NCBI RefSeq assembly: GCF_964213995.1
Contig: NC_135801.1
Location: forward strand, 38,626,001-38,690,000
Direction: 5' to 3'
Source: Mustelus asterias
Lineage: Eukaryota
Length of the DNA: 64,000 bases
Both the position numbers and the translations under genes were made by a program. Positions within the stretch are counted from its first letter, which is position 1. Each line of letters begins with the position of its first letter. The notes below the pieces were generated by a model. It worked only from the letters and a program-made list of their open reading frames with translations, was not told the DNA's origin and ran no database searches. Below, in pieces: positions 63,059-64,000 of this stretch.

Positions 63059-64000
63059 TGTTGTACCTGTTAATTCTCAGATACTTTCAACCAGTTTACT
63101 TACTCCAAGGTTTTACCCCGGTGCCCTTATTTGCAAGGTGGACAAAGGACAAACACAAGTAAAGGTTCAACAAGTTTATTAATAATAACACTATTAACCC
63201 TTAAATTACCCACATAAAACAAGAGGATACCCCAGCAGATTCAAGTATACTACCCGTAAAGATGGCTTGGTTAAACTGCAGGCCCGATTCTCTGAGTCCC
63301 CCTGGTCTGTCGTCACGAAGGTGAGTCTCGATGGCCGCTTCTTCCTTCCTTCCTTCTCTGGTCAGTCTTCCGAATGGTCACGGCCGTCTCCCCTGTTGAG
63401 TCTTCGCTCCTTGTGCCTCTGAGTGTGTCCCTTTATCCCCAGCCTGCTTGCCTTTCCAGAAACTTCTCTGGCTTCTGGCCAATGAGGTCCCAGGAGGGGG
63501 TTCCAATACCCAGTGGGTTTCTTGATGTCTGCCTGACAGGACACCAGGGTCCGCCCCCCAGGCGTCCATCTCCATGTTGTTAAACTTGTTATCAGGTAAG
63601 GTTTCTACAGGATCTCTTGGTGACAGAAAGTCTGGCCCGATCTGGGCTTCTAACAATAGACCGATGCATTTCAATGAGGTGCCATGATCTCCTGCTAAGT
63701 CTCAAGTAGAGTGTAACGACCTTTGATGGGTGGTTGATGGGTCAGGCCCAGACACATTTGTGTATTGTACAATTGGCCTGCCTGCGGTTTGACTGTGTTT
63801 GATTTCAATGTGCCCAATTCTTTAATTTAGGATATCCAATTTTATCAGCCTTAAAGCTAGGCCCTGTTTATATCACCACATTCCCTCCTCTTGATCCAAT
63901 GAGCGTCAGCGAACCGGATCACACAATTCTCACCAAACCATCTGAACAAGCAAGTACCCCGAATCTGGAGTTGACAGTATCATCCCTAACCCACAATAGT
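63059..64000 (-). mobile_element. 3' LTR (63059-63880) and adjacent internal sequence of an ERV/LTR element running off the window
   Basis: Minus strand PPT AAGAGGAGGGAA followed by TGTGG...CAACA; interrupts a CR1 at atagtttac (compare the uninterrupted copy near 61070). Confidence 0.7.

Overview
Repeat-dense vertebrate DNA, very probably from a shark or other elasmobranch (HE1-type SINEs, CR1/HER1 LINEs, Deu-domain SINEs), with a 200-N assembly gap at 23694-23893. I assembled two spliced host genes by hand, both on the minus strand and mostly missed by the ORF track. (1) The immunoglobulin joining chain gene JCHAIN has 4 coding exons (12896 to 986) and encodes 169 aa, including the diagnostic ENISDPTSP block. 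(2) A CXCL8/IL-8-like chemokine has 4 coding exons (58982 to 51235), encodes about 111 aa with an NLR-CQC motif, and lies about 38 kb upstream of JCHAIN in the same orientation with the same 1-2-2 intron phases. Between them are Harbinger transposons, a decayed LTR element, a candidate immune enhancer, possible relic chemokine-like exons and a very young full-length Gypsy element (42260-46933; 296-bp LTRs differing at 1 nt; TSD AGGTC). The most unusual signals are: (a) this Gypsy has no tRNA-type primer-binding site, and the PBS position instead holds a perfect 15-nt complement of its own LTR segment containing AATAAA, suggesting self-priming; it also has a YLDN RT motif; (b) Penelope-type palindromic insertions carry minimal hammerhead ribozyme cores, including a two-ribozyme hairpin in JCHAIN intron 1; (c) there is a 267-bp inverted duplication upstream of the chemokine. 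Exon, LTR, TSD and motif coordinates were counted by hand; other repeat boundaries are approximate, and family names come from recognition, not a database search.
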